Positions 1 to 8,065 of a stretch of 32,000 nucleotides of DNA are shown here, in pieces. The notes beneath the pieces are model-generated. The model saw nothing but the letters and a program-made list of their open reading frames with translations. It ran no database searches and was not told where the DNA came from. The stretch is from Propionibacteriaceae bacterium (GTDB taxonomy: Bacteria > Actinomycetota > Actinomycetes > Propionibacteriales > Propionibacteriaceae). Numbering within the stretch: the stretch's first letter is position 1; every line of letters begins with the position of its first letter. The stretch is from contig JAIRQE010000019.1 of assembly GCA_031256725.1 (NCBI GenBank), positions 120,001 through 152,000 on the forward strand. The letters run 5' to 3'. The position numbers and the translations under genes were made by a program.

Positions 1-22
1 TTCTACATAAGCAATCCATGAG

Positions 23-1183
23 GTGAGTATGACAACCAGCGAGCAGATCTCCACATCAGAGAGTGCCATTAGGGCCCATCTTTCCTCGGCGCGCAGGATC
101 GTTGTAAAAGTGGGGTCCTCATCACTGGCCTCCACCGAAGCCGGGTTAGATATGGAACGCCTGAGCTCCCTTGTCGATGTTCTCGCCGCTAGACAATTGG
201 CTGGTTCCGAGGTGGTGCTTGTCAGCTCTGGGGCTATCGCCGCCGGATTGGAACCACTCGGATTCACTCACCGTCCTGTCGATGTTGCACAACAGCAGGC
301 CGCTGCTGCGGTGGGTCAGGGTCAACTCATGTCGGCCTATACCCAGGCTTTCGCTGCCCATGGGCTGCACACGGCACAGGTCCTTCTCACCAAGAATGAT
401 TTGGCCCGCAAGTCGAGTTTCAATAATGCCCTTCGTACCTTTGGCGCTCTCACACGTTTGGGGGTCGTACCCGTTGTCAACGAGAACGACACAGTTGCGA
501 CCAGGGAAATCCGCTTAGGCGACAATGACCACCTGGCTGCCCTCGTTGCAGAATTGGTACACGCTGATGGCTTGGTTCTTCTCTCCGATGTGGATGGACT
601 CTATACCGCCCATCCCAAAGACCCTGAGGCTAAACGGATCACCTTTGTTAAAGATGTTCTCGAATTGGAGGTTGATGTTCTCACCCCTGGTACCTCCGGG
701 GTTGGCTCTGGTGGGATGGCAACCAAGGTTGAGGCTGCTCGTTTGGCTGCTGGAGCAGGAATCCCCGTCGCCCTCGCCCGTTGGGATCAGGCTGGGGCCG
801 TACTCGCAGGTGAACAGGTGGGTACAGTGTTCGCTGCCTCATCGAAGCGGATGTCCCGACGCCATGGATGGCTTGCTCACGCCTCCGACACCCAAGGCCA
901 GATCTATGTTGATCCGGGTGCCGCCAAGGCTCTGATTGATACTGCCGCCTCCCTCTTGGCCATAGGTGTACGCCGAGTCGAAGGCCGATTCCATGCTGGC
1001 GACTCTGTCGAAATCATTGGCCCCAATGGCCTGATTGCTCGTGGAGTCGTCGCCTATGATTCGACTGATCTGCCGAAGTTGGTGGGCCGTACCTCGTCGG
1101 AACTCACCACCTCCATGGGGGGACAGTACGCAAGACCTATTGTCCATCGTGACGACCTTGTGATGAGTCGTACTGTAGTCTGA
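23..1183 (+). CDS. proB: glutamate 5-kinase with C-terminal PUA domain
   Basis: 386-aa ORF with amino-acid-kinase motifs (VVKVGSSSL, VSSGAIAAG, VNENDTV). It ends 4 nt before proA, giving the classic proBA pair. The start could be GTG 23 or ATG 29. Confidence 0.93.
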   Translation: MSMTTSEQISTSESAIRAHLSSARRIVVKVGSSSLASTEAGLDMERLSSLVDVLAARQLAGSEVVLVSSGAIAAGLEPLGFTHRPVDVAQQQAAAAVGQGQLMSAYTQAFAAHGLHTAQVLLTKNDLARKSSFNNALRTFGALTRLGVVPVVNENDTVATREIRLGDNDHLAALVAELVHADGLVLLSDVDGLYTAHPKDPEAKRITFVKDVLELEVDVLTPGTSGVGSGGMATKVEAARLAAGAGIPVALARWDQAGAVLAGEQVGTVFAASSKRMSRRHGWLAHASDTQGQIYVDPGAAKALIDTAASLLAIGVRRVEGRFHAGDSVEIIGPNGLIARGVVAYDSTDLPKLVGRTSSELTTSMGGQYARPIVHRDDLVMSRTVV

Positions 1184-1187
1184 ATCT

Positions 1188-2435
1188 ATGACGACACCCG
1201 ATTTTCATGATCAAGCATTGGGTGCGCGTGCAGCTGCCATCAGTGTGGCTACTGCCACTCGCGCCACCAAGGATGCCGCCCTTCATGCTATGGCTGATGC
1301 ACTCCTAGCCAATGAATTATCCATCCTCGTGGCCAATCAGGAGGATGTCGAAAGGGCTCGCGCCGCTGGTACCTCTGAAGCAATCATTGATCGTTTGAGC
1401 CTCGACTCTTCCCGCCTTGCGGCGATGGCTGAAGGTTTACGGGATCTGGCCCGCCTGGCTGACCCTGTGGGTGAGGTCACACGCGGCTGGCAGCTTCCCA
1501 ATGGTGTCCACATAGATCAGGTACGTGTCCCCCTCGGTGTCGTGGGGATCATTTATGAGGCTCGACCCAATGTGACCGCCGATGCAGCAGGGATCTGTCT
1601 GAAGTCCGGGAATGCTTGTTTGCTTCGCGGATCATCAAGTGCGGTGAGTTCCAATAGGGCCATTGTTCAGGCTTTGAAGGCTGGTCTCGACAAAGTTGGG
1701 GTCGATGCTCGCGCCGTGAACCTCATTGAGGGTGGTCATGAGATCACCGACGTCATGATGGCAGCCCGTGGGCTGGTCGATGTACTGATTCCTCGCGGGG
1801 GTGCCTCCCTGATTGAGGCCGTGGTACGAGGCTCCCAGGTTCCCGTCCTTGAAACAGGTACAGGCAACTGCCACCTCTATGTTGATTCAAGCGCCGACCA
1901 GGATATGGCATGTTCGATCATGTTGAATGCGAAAGTACAGCGCCCCTCAGTGTGCAACGCCTTGGAGACCCTGGTCGTTAATGCTGACATCGCTGGGGCC
2001 TTCCTCCCGACGGCTGTTGATGTCTTGGTGAAGGCAGGGGTCACTGTCCATGGTGATGACCGCGCCAAAGCCATCGATTCACGAATCGTTGATGTGGTCG
2101 ACGAGGAATGGGATTCCGAATTCCTGAGCCTTGACATTCGCGTCGCCATCGTTGACAACCTGGATAAGGCCATCGACTTCATTCGTGCCCACAGTTCCGG
2201 TCACTCTGAAACGATCATCACCAATGATGCTGCCCATCAGAAGCGCTTCATTGCTGAGGTCGATGCCGCAGCTGTACTCGTGAATGCTTCTTCTCGTTTT
2301 GTTGATGGCGGCCAGTTTGGTTTTGGCGCCGAGATCGGTATCTCCACCCAAAAGCTTCACGCTCGTGGCCCCATGGCACTCCCTGAGATGACAACAACCA
2401 AGTACGTCATCACCGGAGATGGACAGATTCGATAG
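1188..2435 (+). CDS. proA: gamma-glutamyl phosphate reductase
   Basis: 415-aa ORF of the aldehyde-dehydrogenase fold. It has typical ProA strings (IYEARPNVT, GNACLLRGSS, VCNALETLLV-like VCNALETLVV, HSETIIT) and follows proB directly. Confidence 0.93.
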   Translation: MTTPDFHDQALGARAAAISVATATRATKDAALHAMADALLANELSILVANQEDVERARAAGTSEAIIDRLSLDSSRLAAMAEGLRDLARLADPVGEVTRGWQLPNGVHIDQVRVPLGVVGIIYEARPNVTADAAGICLKSGNACLLRGSSSAVSSNRAIVQALKAGLDKVGVDARAVNLIEGGHEITDVMMAARGLVDVLIPRGGASLIEAVVRGSQVPVLETGTGNCHLYVDSSADQDMACSIMLNAKVQRPSVCNALETLVVNADIAGAFLPTAVDVLVKAGVTVHGDDRAKAIDSRIVDVVDEEWDSEFLSLDIRVAIVDNLDKAIDFIRAHSSGHSETIITNDAAHQKRFIAEVDAAAVLVNASSRFVDGGQFGFGAEIGISTQKLHARGPMALPEMTTTKYVITGDGQIR

Positions 2436-2468
2436 CATTCCACTGGCTGTCTTGAGTACACATACTGT

Positions 2469-2627
2469 TACGTCTTTACTCCAGGCAACGACAAAGACCT
2501 CACTCACAGCACCGTCGGGTTCACTCTCTCCAAGGAACAGCCGACAATACTGATACACCATATTGAGGTGTTCTTTGAGCAACAGTTCGAACTCCCTTCG
2601 GTCATGAGGTTCTTCGCCTAGTGAGCC
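2469..2627 (-). pseudogene. possible remnant of an ECF-type sigma-70 factor (region 2 only)
   Basis: The minus frame opens after TAG (2628-2630) and reads EEPHDRREFELLLKEHLNMVYQYCRLFLGESEPDGAVSEVFVVAWSKDV. This fits the ECF region-2 pattern (F..L...H...VY.......LG.....AE..VQEVF..AW). There is no ATG start and no region 4, and the frame then runs antisense into proA. Confidence 0.3.
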
Positions 2628-2777
2628 CTACTCTCAATCAAGACGTTGTACTTCGTATAACAATAAGATTTTTCTCCCCCTATCAATTGCTACACAGCGA
2701 TGAACACTGTTTTCCTCGATTCACAGCGCGCAACCTGGACAGCATGCACCCAAACAGGTAAGGTAGGTACTCGCATT

Positions 2778-2853
2778 GGGGCTATGGCGCAGTTGGTAGC
2801 GCGCTTCCATGGCATGGAAGAGGCCACGGGTTCGAATCCCGTTAGCTCCACCA
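2778..2853 (+). tRNA. tRNA-Ala (anticodon GGC), CCA encoded
   Basis: Cloverleaf folded by hand. The acceptor stem is GGGGCTA/TAGCTCC and includes the G3:U70 alanine identity pair. The D stem is GCGC/GCGC. The anticodon stem is CTTCC/GGAAG with loop AT-GGC-AT. The T arm is ACGGG-TTCGAAT-CCCGT, followed by discriminator A and CCA. Confidence 0.95.
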
Positions 2854-2885
2854 TAGGTTCTTTGTTCGAACCTAAGACATGATAA

Positions 2886-2922
2886 ACGCCCGAGGATCTC
2901 CTCAGGCGTTTTTTCTGTTTTT
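2886..2922 (+). terminator. rho-independent terminator after tRNA-Ala
   Basis: The stem ACGCCCGAGGA / TCCTCAGGCGT has one C/A mismatch. It is followed by TTTTTTCTGTTTTT. Confidence 0.75.
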
Positions 2923-3028
2923 GGCTAGGGGTAATACAGACTGTTGAAGTGCGAGCTAGGAAGTTGGCATAGACGAGGTCACCATTTCGAGGTGGTGAGC
3001 TTTGGTGTTTTTTCTCGCTATTGGCAGC

Positions 3029-3358
3029 GAAGATGTCACGAGGCTCTTGCGTACTTTTGGCGGTCTGTATGATGCAGGATGCTTCGTCGTAGATAGGTTG
3101 TACGTCTTCTGTGTGAACAGTTTCTTCAATCTTGATGGCAGTGGTGTCATCGTTGATGAGGATTTGTTCGTGCCAGGTTTGGTTGTAGGCGCGGCGTACA
3201 GTTGAGTTGGCCGTTAGATACCCGGATGCGCTTTGGCTGAGTAGAGTGAGGGCTTTGTCGATGAGTTCGCGACTGTCGTGATCCCCGGCAGTGAGCGTAG
3301 ATAATCTGGCTCGTGCGGATGCTAGATTGGCGGCCAGTTCTTCTTGTTTTCGGCTGGC
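3029..3358 (-). pseudogene. 5'-truncated large serine recombinase remnant (C-terminal region only)
   Basis: This Met-less frame, absent from the ORF track, was translated by hand. It reads ASRKQEELAANLASARARLSTLTAGDHDSRELIDKALTLLSQSASGYLTANSTVRRAYNQTWHEQILINDDTTAIKIEE. That is a coiled-coil stretch followed by the RRxxNQxxxExIxIxDD motif I associate with the C-terminal part of actinobacterial large serine recombinases. The frame is closed by TGA at 3359-3361, and no catalytic domain lies upstream. The lower boundary is approximate. Confidence 0.5.
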
Positions 3359-3493
3359 TCACCCCCACCTAATTTGAGAGGAGCCCGTTCGACGGGTGCT
3401 CTAGTCTTTGCGCCAGACAATGCAAATGAGAAGCGGGGCAGGCGGGCGATCATGGGCACAAATGACGGCGACTGGGAGTCGCGTGAAGCAAAG

Positions 3494-3533
3494 GTGCCCA
3501 AAGGCGCAAACTGCGCCGTCTCCCAAAGGGCAC
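3494..3533 (-). terminator. candidate two-tier hairpin terminator downstream of the NACHT gene
   Basis: On the minus strand the sequence reads GTGCCC-tttgggagac-GGCGCA-gtt-TGCGCC-ttt-GGGCAC, followed by CTTTGCTTC. It lies about 65 nt after the stop at 3599. The U-tract is weak. Confidence 0.3.
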
Positions 3534-3598
3534 GCCGAGCGTCATCGCCGATCAACTCATTACCGAGCGGCCCCGCGAGCTTGGCGAAAACCCACCAA

Positions 3599-6500
3599 CT
3601 ACCCCGGGGCCAAATCGAACCGACTCGGGTCAACCTCAAGGTCGATGATGGCAAGACCGGCAGCAACAAGAACCCCGTGATCACCGAAAGCAAGCCCACC
3701 AACTGTGTCCAGACACCACACCGTAATACCTGCTTGTTCCCCATTCTTGTACCAAAGTCGTACGGCTCCATCGTCGCTGCTGGAGGCAACCACATCACGA
3801 TCACCCAGGCGCCCTAACGCCACCGCAGTCACATGACCAGTGTGGCCTGTCAAAGGCTGACCGACAGGGTTTCCGCTTTCATCCCAAATCCGTACCGTCG
3901 CATCGCGACTGCCGGAGACGATCACCTCACTGGCACCCAAGCGCCCTAGGGCCACGGTGTTTACCATGCTCGTGTGCCCAGTCATCGGTTGGCCGATAGG
4001 GTGTCCGGTTTCATCCCAAATCCGTACCGTCTTGTCACCGCTCCCGGAGACGATTACGCCGCGAGCACTCAGGTGACCCACTGCCAACGCCCTCACGCCA
4101 CCGGTGTGGCCTATCAAGGGCGCACCCAGAGGCTGCCCGTCTCTGTCCCATAACCGTATCGTCTTGTCGTTGCTGCCTGAGACGATTACGTAGCGGTTGG
4201 CCAAACGACCAAATGCCATTGCCCTCACAAAACTGGTGTGACCGGTTGCTGCGCTACCCGTTGACCGACTTGTTTCATCCCAAATCCGTACCGTCTTGTC
4301 GTTGCTGCCGGAGATGATCACATCGCGGTCACCAATATGGCCCACCGCCACCGCCCTCACACAGCTCGTGTGACCAGTCAATGGCTCACCGACCGGGTGC
4401 CCGGTTTCGTCCCACAACCGCAAGGTTCCATCGTTGTCGCCGGACACGATCACATCACGCCTGCCCAAACGGCCCAACGCCACGGCAGCCACCTTACCAG
4501 TGTGGCTTGTCAACGGTTCACCAAGAGGCCGACCATCTCTTTCCCATACCCGTACCGTCTTGTCGTTGTTGCCCGAGACGATCACATCACGGTCGCCCAG
4601 GCGGCCCAACGCTACACTGCTCACCCCGCCAGTAAGGCTGGAGACGAGTTCACTGATAGGTTGTCCGGCTGTACTCCAAGTTCGTACCATCCCATCGCCG
4701 CTGCCGGAGACGATCACATCACGATCACCCAAGCTGCCCAACGCGACCGCATTGACTACGCTGATGACATCACTAGAGTCGACCCACAGGCTCACTCCGA
4801 CCCCGACATGCGCCCAATCGGCGTCACGCGATAGGGGTTCACCGACAGGGTCGCCGCCTTCGTCCCAGAGTCGCACTTTCTCGTCGCCTCCCCCAGATGC
4901 AATCACATCACGATCACCCAGATGGCCCACCGCTACCGCGTTCACCCTTCCATCATGGGCTGCCACCATCTCAGTGACAGAGTGACCGTACTCATCCCAC
5001 ACTCGAATCGTCCCACGGGCATCACCGGACACAATTACGTCGCGGTTGACCAACTGGCCGATCGCCACTGAGCACACCGCACCCCGGTGTCCCCTCAGCG
5101 ACTGCTGAGGTAGACCTATGCCGTGAGCCCATGCGACACGGAAAAAGGCACCCGACCGAGCGTGAAACTCGGCGGCTAGGTCAGACAACCCCAGATGCAC
5201 TGCAGCTAAGGACAAGACGGCTGCTCGCTCCTTGGAGACATGCCCTGCCAGTTGTGAGGCCACCTGCAGAATGACCTTGGCGACCGGCGGTTGTTGCTGG
5301 AATGGCATCGACAAGACGGCCGAAACCAACCGATCAGCATCGGCGTGAATGATGAAGTCCAGATCGGTCAGGAGCGCCGACAACTGCCCAGCATCCAACG
5401 CGTACTCCGCGGCGTGAACACGAATGTGATCATCGACGCTCGCCCAGCTACTAGGCGAGCGCGTGGCCTTCAGCACCACCTCAAGAATAGCGGCTCTGGC
5501 ACCTTGAGCAGGCTCGCTCACGAGCAACTGATCGATCAGCGCCTGGTGGAAAAGCCGTGTCACCAAGCCGTCTTGATTGGTGCCAGTTTGCAGCAGAAAG
5601 TCCGCTATCGGGGTGGCCCTAAGCTCGTCAAGGTCAGATCTAGTAAACATCCTTCCGCTGATCGCCTCGGCAAACTGCAACCACATCGCGTCACTAATAC
5701 CATCACCTTTGGCGTACGCCAGCGCGCGCAATAGGATCGTTTTATTATGCCGAAGTGGTCCACCCAAGGTGTCGAGATACTTGTCAAGCGCCTCACTAAC
5801 GGTGCTGGGAATCGCATTCCTGGCTGCGGGGTCGTACGGATCGAGGGGCGTTTCCCTCTCCATCAACGACGCGGCAGCAAGCACCGCAACTAGAAAGTTG
5901 TTACCTGCTCTTTGTGCAATAATCCGAGCAATGTGGCCCGTTTGCGTGTCATGGCACCGGTAATACTCCCAGGCAGCATGGGCGGGACGCGGCTCCGAAA
6001 TGCCCTTCTGGATAAGAATCGTTGTAGCGAGTCTTTCTAGCGCTTGAGGATCCCGGTACGGATCGCAGTCCAGGTCTACCAGGTTGGAGGCCTCAGAGGA
6101 CCTTGCGCCAAGTCGGTATACCAGCCCGTCTTGGGCGAAAGGATCAGTATTCAAGGGGCGGGTTGCTACAACCACGCGCACATTTGGTATTCGGCTAAGT
6201 CCGTTTAGCGTGTTCGCATACTCGTGAAGATCGGCAAACATCTCGGAGTAGCCAAGGCGGTCTGTCTGAACCAAAGCTTCATCGAGTGCATCCATCAGCA
6301 CCAGCAGTCGTTCGGAAAGGCGGCCATACAACGCCGAAATGAGCTCGCTCCCGTTGGTCGTCTCCGGTACGCCAACGAAATGCGCCAATGCCCTACAAAA
6401 CGTCGCATGAGGTGCTTGGCGCGCATGAAACACCAGGCCAGCGCCGGGATGGCTCAACTCCGCATCTAGCGCTGCCCGACTAAGGACAGCCGACTTCCCC

Positions 6501-7318
6501 GCTCCAGGTTGGCCGATGATGACCAATACTCTGCCCGGGTCTTGTGTCGCATCAAGCCAGTCGTCAATCTTCCTCAACGCCTGTTCTCGGCCCTGGAAAA
6601 ACTGACCGGCAATTACACTGCCGGGTCGGCCGTTGCCCCGGGTTTCGACGTGTGAGCGGGCGTACAAGCCTGCATAACACCACGGAATCGGCAGCCCTGG
6701 GATGCGGCGTACCGGCAGATAGCGATCAAAGACACCGTCAGTTGAGCCTTCCTGCAACACTCCCACCAGACAATGAGTTTCTTCATCGATGATCGCGCCG
6801 CCCGACTGTCCAAGCAATGAACCCTTCGGCTCTGTCCACTTCAGTTGAACCAACCCAGAAGCCGTTGGGCCACTCACGTCAAAAGACCGCCACACACCCT
6901 CCTCCGTACCATCCGCAAGCGGAAAACCAAACAGGGCCACCTGCCTGGGGAGGCCACGGTTCGGGTCTATCGGTACCGGCGTTGGTGAAGGCACCGGTAT
7001 GGGGCGGAGAGATAGGAGTGCGACATCAGCGTCTTCGAGGAATGTGACATCATTATCAAGATCAATTAGCACATCTGGTTTGTCGTGGAACCGCAGCCGA
7101 AACGGCTGGGTGGGAGTCTCCCCCTGGTCTACTCTTTTCGTGATAACGTGGGCGCAGGTCAGTGCAGTGCCGACCGTGGCAAGCACCGCCGTGCCAATTG
7201 GCGAATCATCATCGTAAACGATGGCGCAGCCGGAGACCACGACATCTCTGATGTTTCCGTCTACAGCGCTCATCGTTGTATCGTTTACGACTTGTCGTCC
7301 GAAACGGTCTGTTTCCAT
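3599..7318 (-). CDS. trypsin-like serine protease / NACHT (STAND) NTPase / WD40-repeat protein
   Basis: 1239-aa ORF. The protease triad contexts are TCAHV (His57), DADVALL (Asp98) and GQSGGAI (Ser172). Walker A is GQPGAGKS (res 269-276, nt 6491-6514). Walker B is LLVLMDALDEA, the NACHT-type D-x-x-D-E form. A helical region of about 390 aa follows, then 10-11 WD40 repeats (res 743-1239; VIVSGSxDKTVRIWD...GHTxxVxAVA). An alternative start at Met16 (ATG 7273) would remove the 34-nt overlap with the upstream gene. Confidence 0.9.
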   Translation of the reverse strand: METDRFGRQVVNDTTMSAVDGNIRDVVVSGCAIVYDDDSPIGTAVLATVGTALTCAHVITKRVDQGETPTQPFRLRFHDKPDVLIDLDNDVTFLEDADVALLSLRPIPVPSPTPVPIDPNRGLPRQVALFGFPLADGTEEGVWRSFDVSGPTASGLVQLKWTEPKGSLLGQSGGAIIDEETHCLVGVLQEGSTDGVFDRYLPVRRIPGLPIPWCYAGLYARSHVETRGNGRPGSVIAGQFFQGREQALRKIDDWLDATQDPGRVLVIIGQPGAGKSAVLSRAALDAELSHPGAGLVFHARQAPHATFCRALAHFVGVPETTNGSELISALYGRLSERLLVLMDALDEALVQTDRLGYSEMFADLHEYANTLNGLSRIPNVRVVVATRPLNTDPFAQDGLVYRLGARSSEASNLVDLDCDPYRDPQALERLATTILIQKGISEPRPAHAAWEYYRCHDTQTGHIARIIAQRAGNNFLVAVLAAASLMERETPLDPYDPAARNAIPSTVSEALDKYLDTLGGPLRHNKTILLRALAYAKGDGISDAMWLQFAEAISGRMFTRSDLDELRATPIADFLLQTGTNQDGLVTRLFHQALIDQLLVSEPAQGARAAILEVVLKATRSPSSWASVDDHIRVHAAEYALDAGQLSALLTDLDFIIHADADRLVSAVLSMPFQQQPPVAKVILQVASQLAGHVSKERAAVLSLAAVHLGLSDLAAEFHARSGAFFRVAWAHGIGLPQQSLRGHRGAVCSVAIGQLVNRDVIVSGDARGTIRVWDEYGHSVTEMVAAHDGRVNAVAVGHLGDRDVIASGGGDEKVRLWDEGGDPVGEPLSRDADWAHVGVGVSLWVDSSDVISVVNAVALGSLGDRDVIVSGSGDGMVRTWSTAGQPISELVSSLTGGVSSVALGRLGDRDVIVSGNNDKTVRVWERDGRPLGEPLTSHTGKVAAVALGRLGRRDVIVSGDNDGTLRLWDETGHPVGEPLTGHTSCVRAVAVGHIGDRDVIISGSNDKTVRIWDETSRSTGSAATGHTSFVRAMAFGRLANRYVIVSGSNDKTIRLWDRDGQPLGAPLIGHTGGVRALAVGHLSARGVIVSGSGDKTVRIWDETGHPIGQPMTGHTSMVNTVALGRLGASEVIVSGSRDATVRIWDESGNPVGQPLTGHTGHVTAVALGRLGDRDVVASSSDDGAVRLWYKNGEQAGITVWCLDTVGGLAFGDHGVLVAAGLAIIDLEVDPSRFDLAPG
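3602..5092 (-). repeat. intragenic tandem array of WD40-coding units, 132-bp period
   Basis: The landmark string (g/a)atcacatcac / attacg recurs at 3791, 3923, 4055, 4187, 4319, 4451, 4583 and 4715. These are eight units at exactly 132 bp. It recurs again at 4904 (+189, a 19-aa insertion) and about 5045. Confidence 0.9.
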
Positions 7319-7608
7319 GTCACCGTGATCTTGACGGAGCCCTCAAGGCTTGACTTGGCGATGAACCAGCCCGCTTCGCCCGACAATTTCACGCCTAGTT
7401 CCAGACTGATCTCATCTGGGGCCAAGCGCTGCCTCAATGACTCACACAACAATGCGGTGCTGCTCGCCAGATTGTCCAAATGAGTCAGCTTTGGGTCAAC
7501 CGATTCTGTCCTGTCTCTGCCGCCGCGCTGTTGAATGAACCCATCATCCGCGTTCTCAAACAACACGGTGCTGCCATCATCCATGGTGACACTCAGATAT
7601 CTCGCCAT
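7285..7608 (-). CDS. Trypco2-type (trypsin-co-occurring domain 2 / CU044_2847-family-like) small protein
   Basis: 107-aa ORF with a strong RBS GAGGAGGA 6 nt before the ATG. The N-terminal strand (YLSVTMDDGSTVLFE) and the C-terminal ISLELGVKLSGEAGWFIAKSSLEGSVKITVTWK match my remembered pattern for this family. It overlaps or abuts the protease-NACHT gene on the same strand. Confidence 0.7.
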   Translation of the reverse strand: MARYLSVTMDDGSTVLFENADDGFIQQRGGRDRTESVDPKLTHLDNLASSTALLCESLRQRLAPDEISLELGVKLSGEAGWFIAKSSLEGSVKITVTWKQTVSDDKS

Positions 7609-7792
7609 CGAAGTCCTCCTCGTGGTTGCCCTGGCTACGTATCATCCTATATCAGGTGCCAGACAGTAGCCCTTCAGTCTCACCAACCCCCAGGGAACAA
7701 CGGTTACGCATGCTCCTTGTCGGCGGAACCTTTATCCACCCCATGATCAACTCCCCGACCCAAAAGGAGAAGTCGCAAAGGTGGCGAGGCGT

Positions 7793-8065
7793 CTACATGT
7801 TCTCTCCGACGTGGATGAGGAAGTTCATCCAGGCGACACCAGCACCGGAGAGCGCGGCTGCGCCGAGGGCGACGAGGACGCCGATCTTGCCTTTCTGGGT
7901 GGCTTGGTAGAAGCCGTTGGCTTCGCCGTACGCCCACAGGATCGCCGCCGCGATCAGCGACGCGACCGAGGCGATCAAGACGATGGTCAGCAGCGCGCCA
8001 ACGACTGACTCGATGGTGGTGCCGTTGACAGCGGAGAAGTCGGGGGTTACGTCGAGCGGGATCAT
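7793..8065 (-). CDS. small two-TM membrane protein, DUF6112 / VirB2-TrbC-like (actinobacterial conjugation module)
   Basis: 90 aa starting at ATG 8065, preceded by AAGGAGG. The start overlaps the upstream stop as ATGA. The sequence has two hydrophobic helices, and GKIGVLVALGAAALSGAGVAWMNF resembles ICE pilin-like DUF6112 proteins. Confidence 0.6.
   Translation of the reverse strand: MIPLDVTPDFSAVNGTTIESVVGALLTIVLIASVASLIAAAILWAYGEANGFYQATQKGKIGVLVALGAAALSGAGVAWMNFLIHVGENM

Noticed and set aside
2700-2882. 60-aa plus-strand ORF spanning the tRNA-Ala gene
   Set aside because: It is simply the translation of the tRNA and its flanks. The tRNA cloverleaf explains the region.
2700-3028. Continuation of the recombinase frame with no stop, reading ...MVELTGFEPVASSMPWKRATNCAI...
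   Set aside because: This stretch is the antisense of the terminator and the tRNA. The openness of the frame is fortuitous and is not a real C-terminal extension.
3344-3817. Plus ORF 3344-3817 and minus ORF 3322-3804 in the NACHT 3' flank
   Set aside because: Both partly overlap the end of the WD40 coding region. They have no RBS and no recognisable family, and their composition is Arg/Pro/Ala-rich as expected for off-frame GC-rich DNA.
3602-5092. A regular repeat array that could be mistaken for a CRISPR array
   Set aside because: The period is 132 bp with no alternating unique spacers. The whole array is one continuous ORF encoding WD40 blades.
4337-5963. Several 80-183-aa plus-strand ORFs (4337, 4381, 4434, 5291, 5577...) opposite the NACHT-WD40 gene
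   Set aside because: These are shadow ORFs in GC-rich DNA. Their internal periodicity (repeated ...ETITSRSPRRPNAT...) mirrors the 132-bp WD40 repeat on the other strand.
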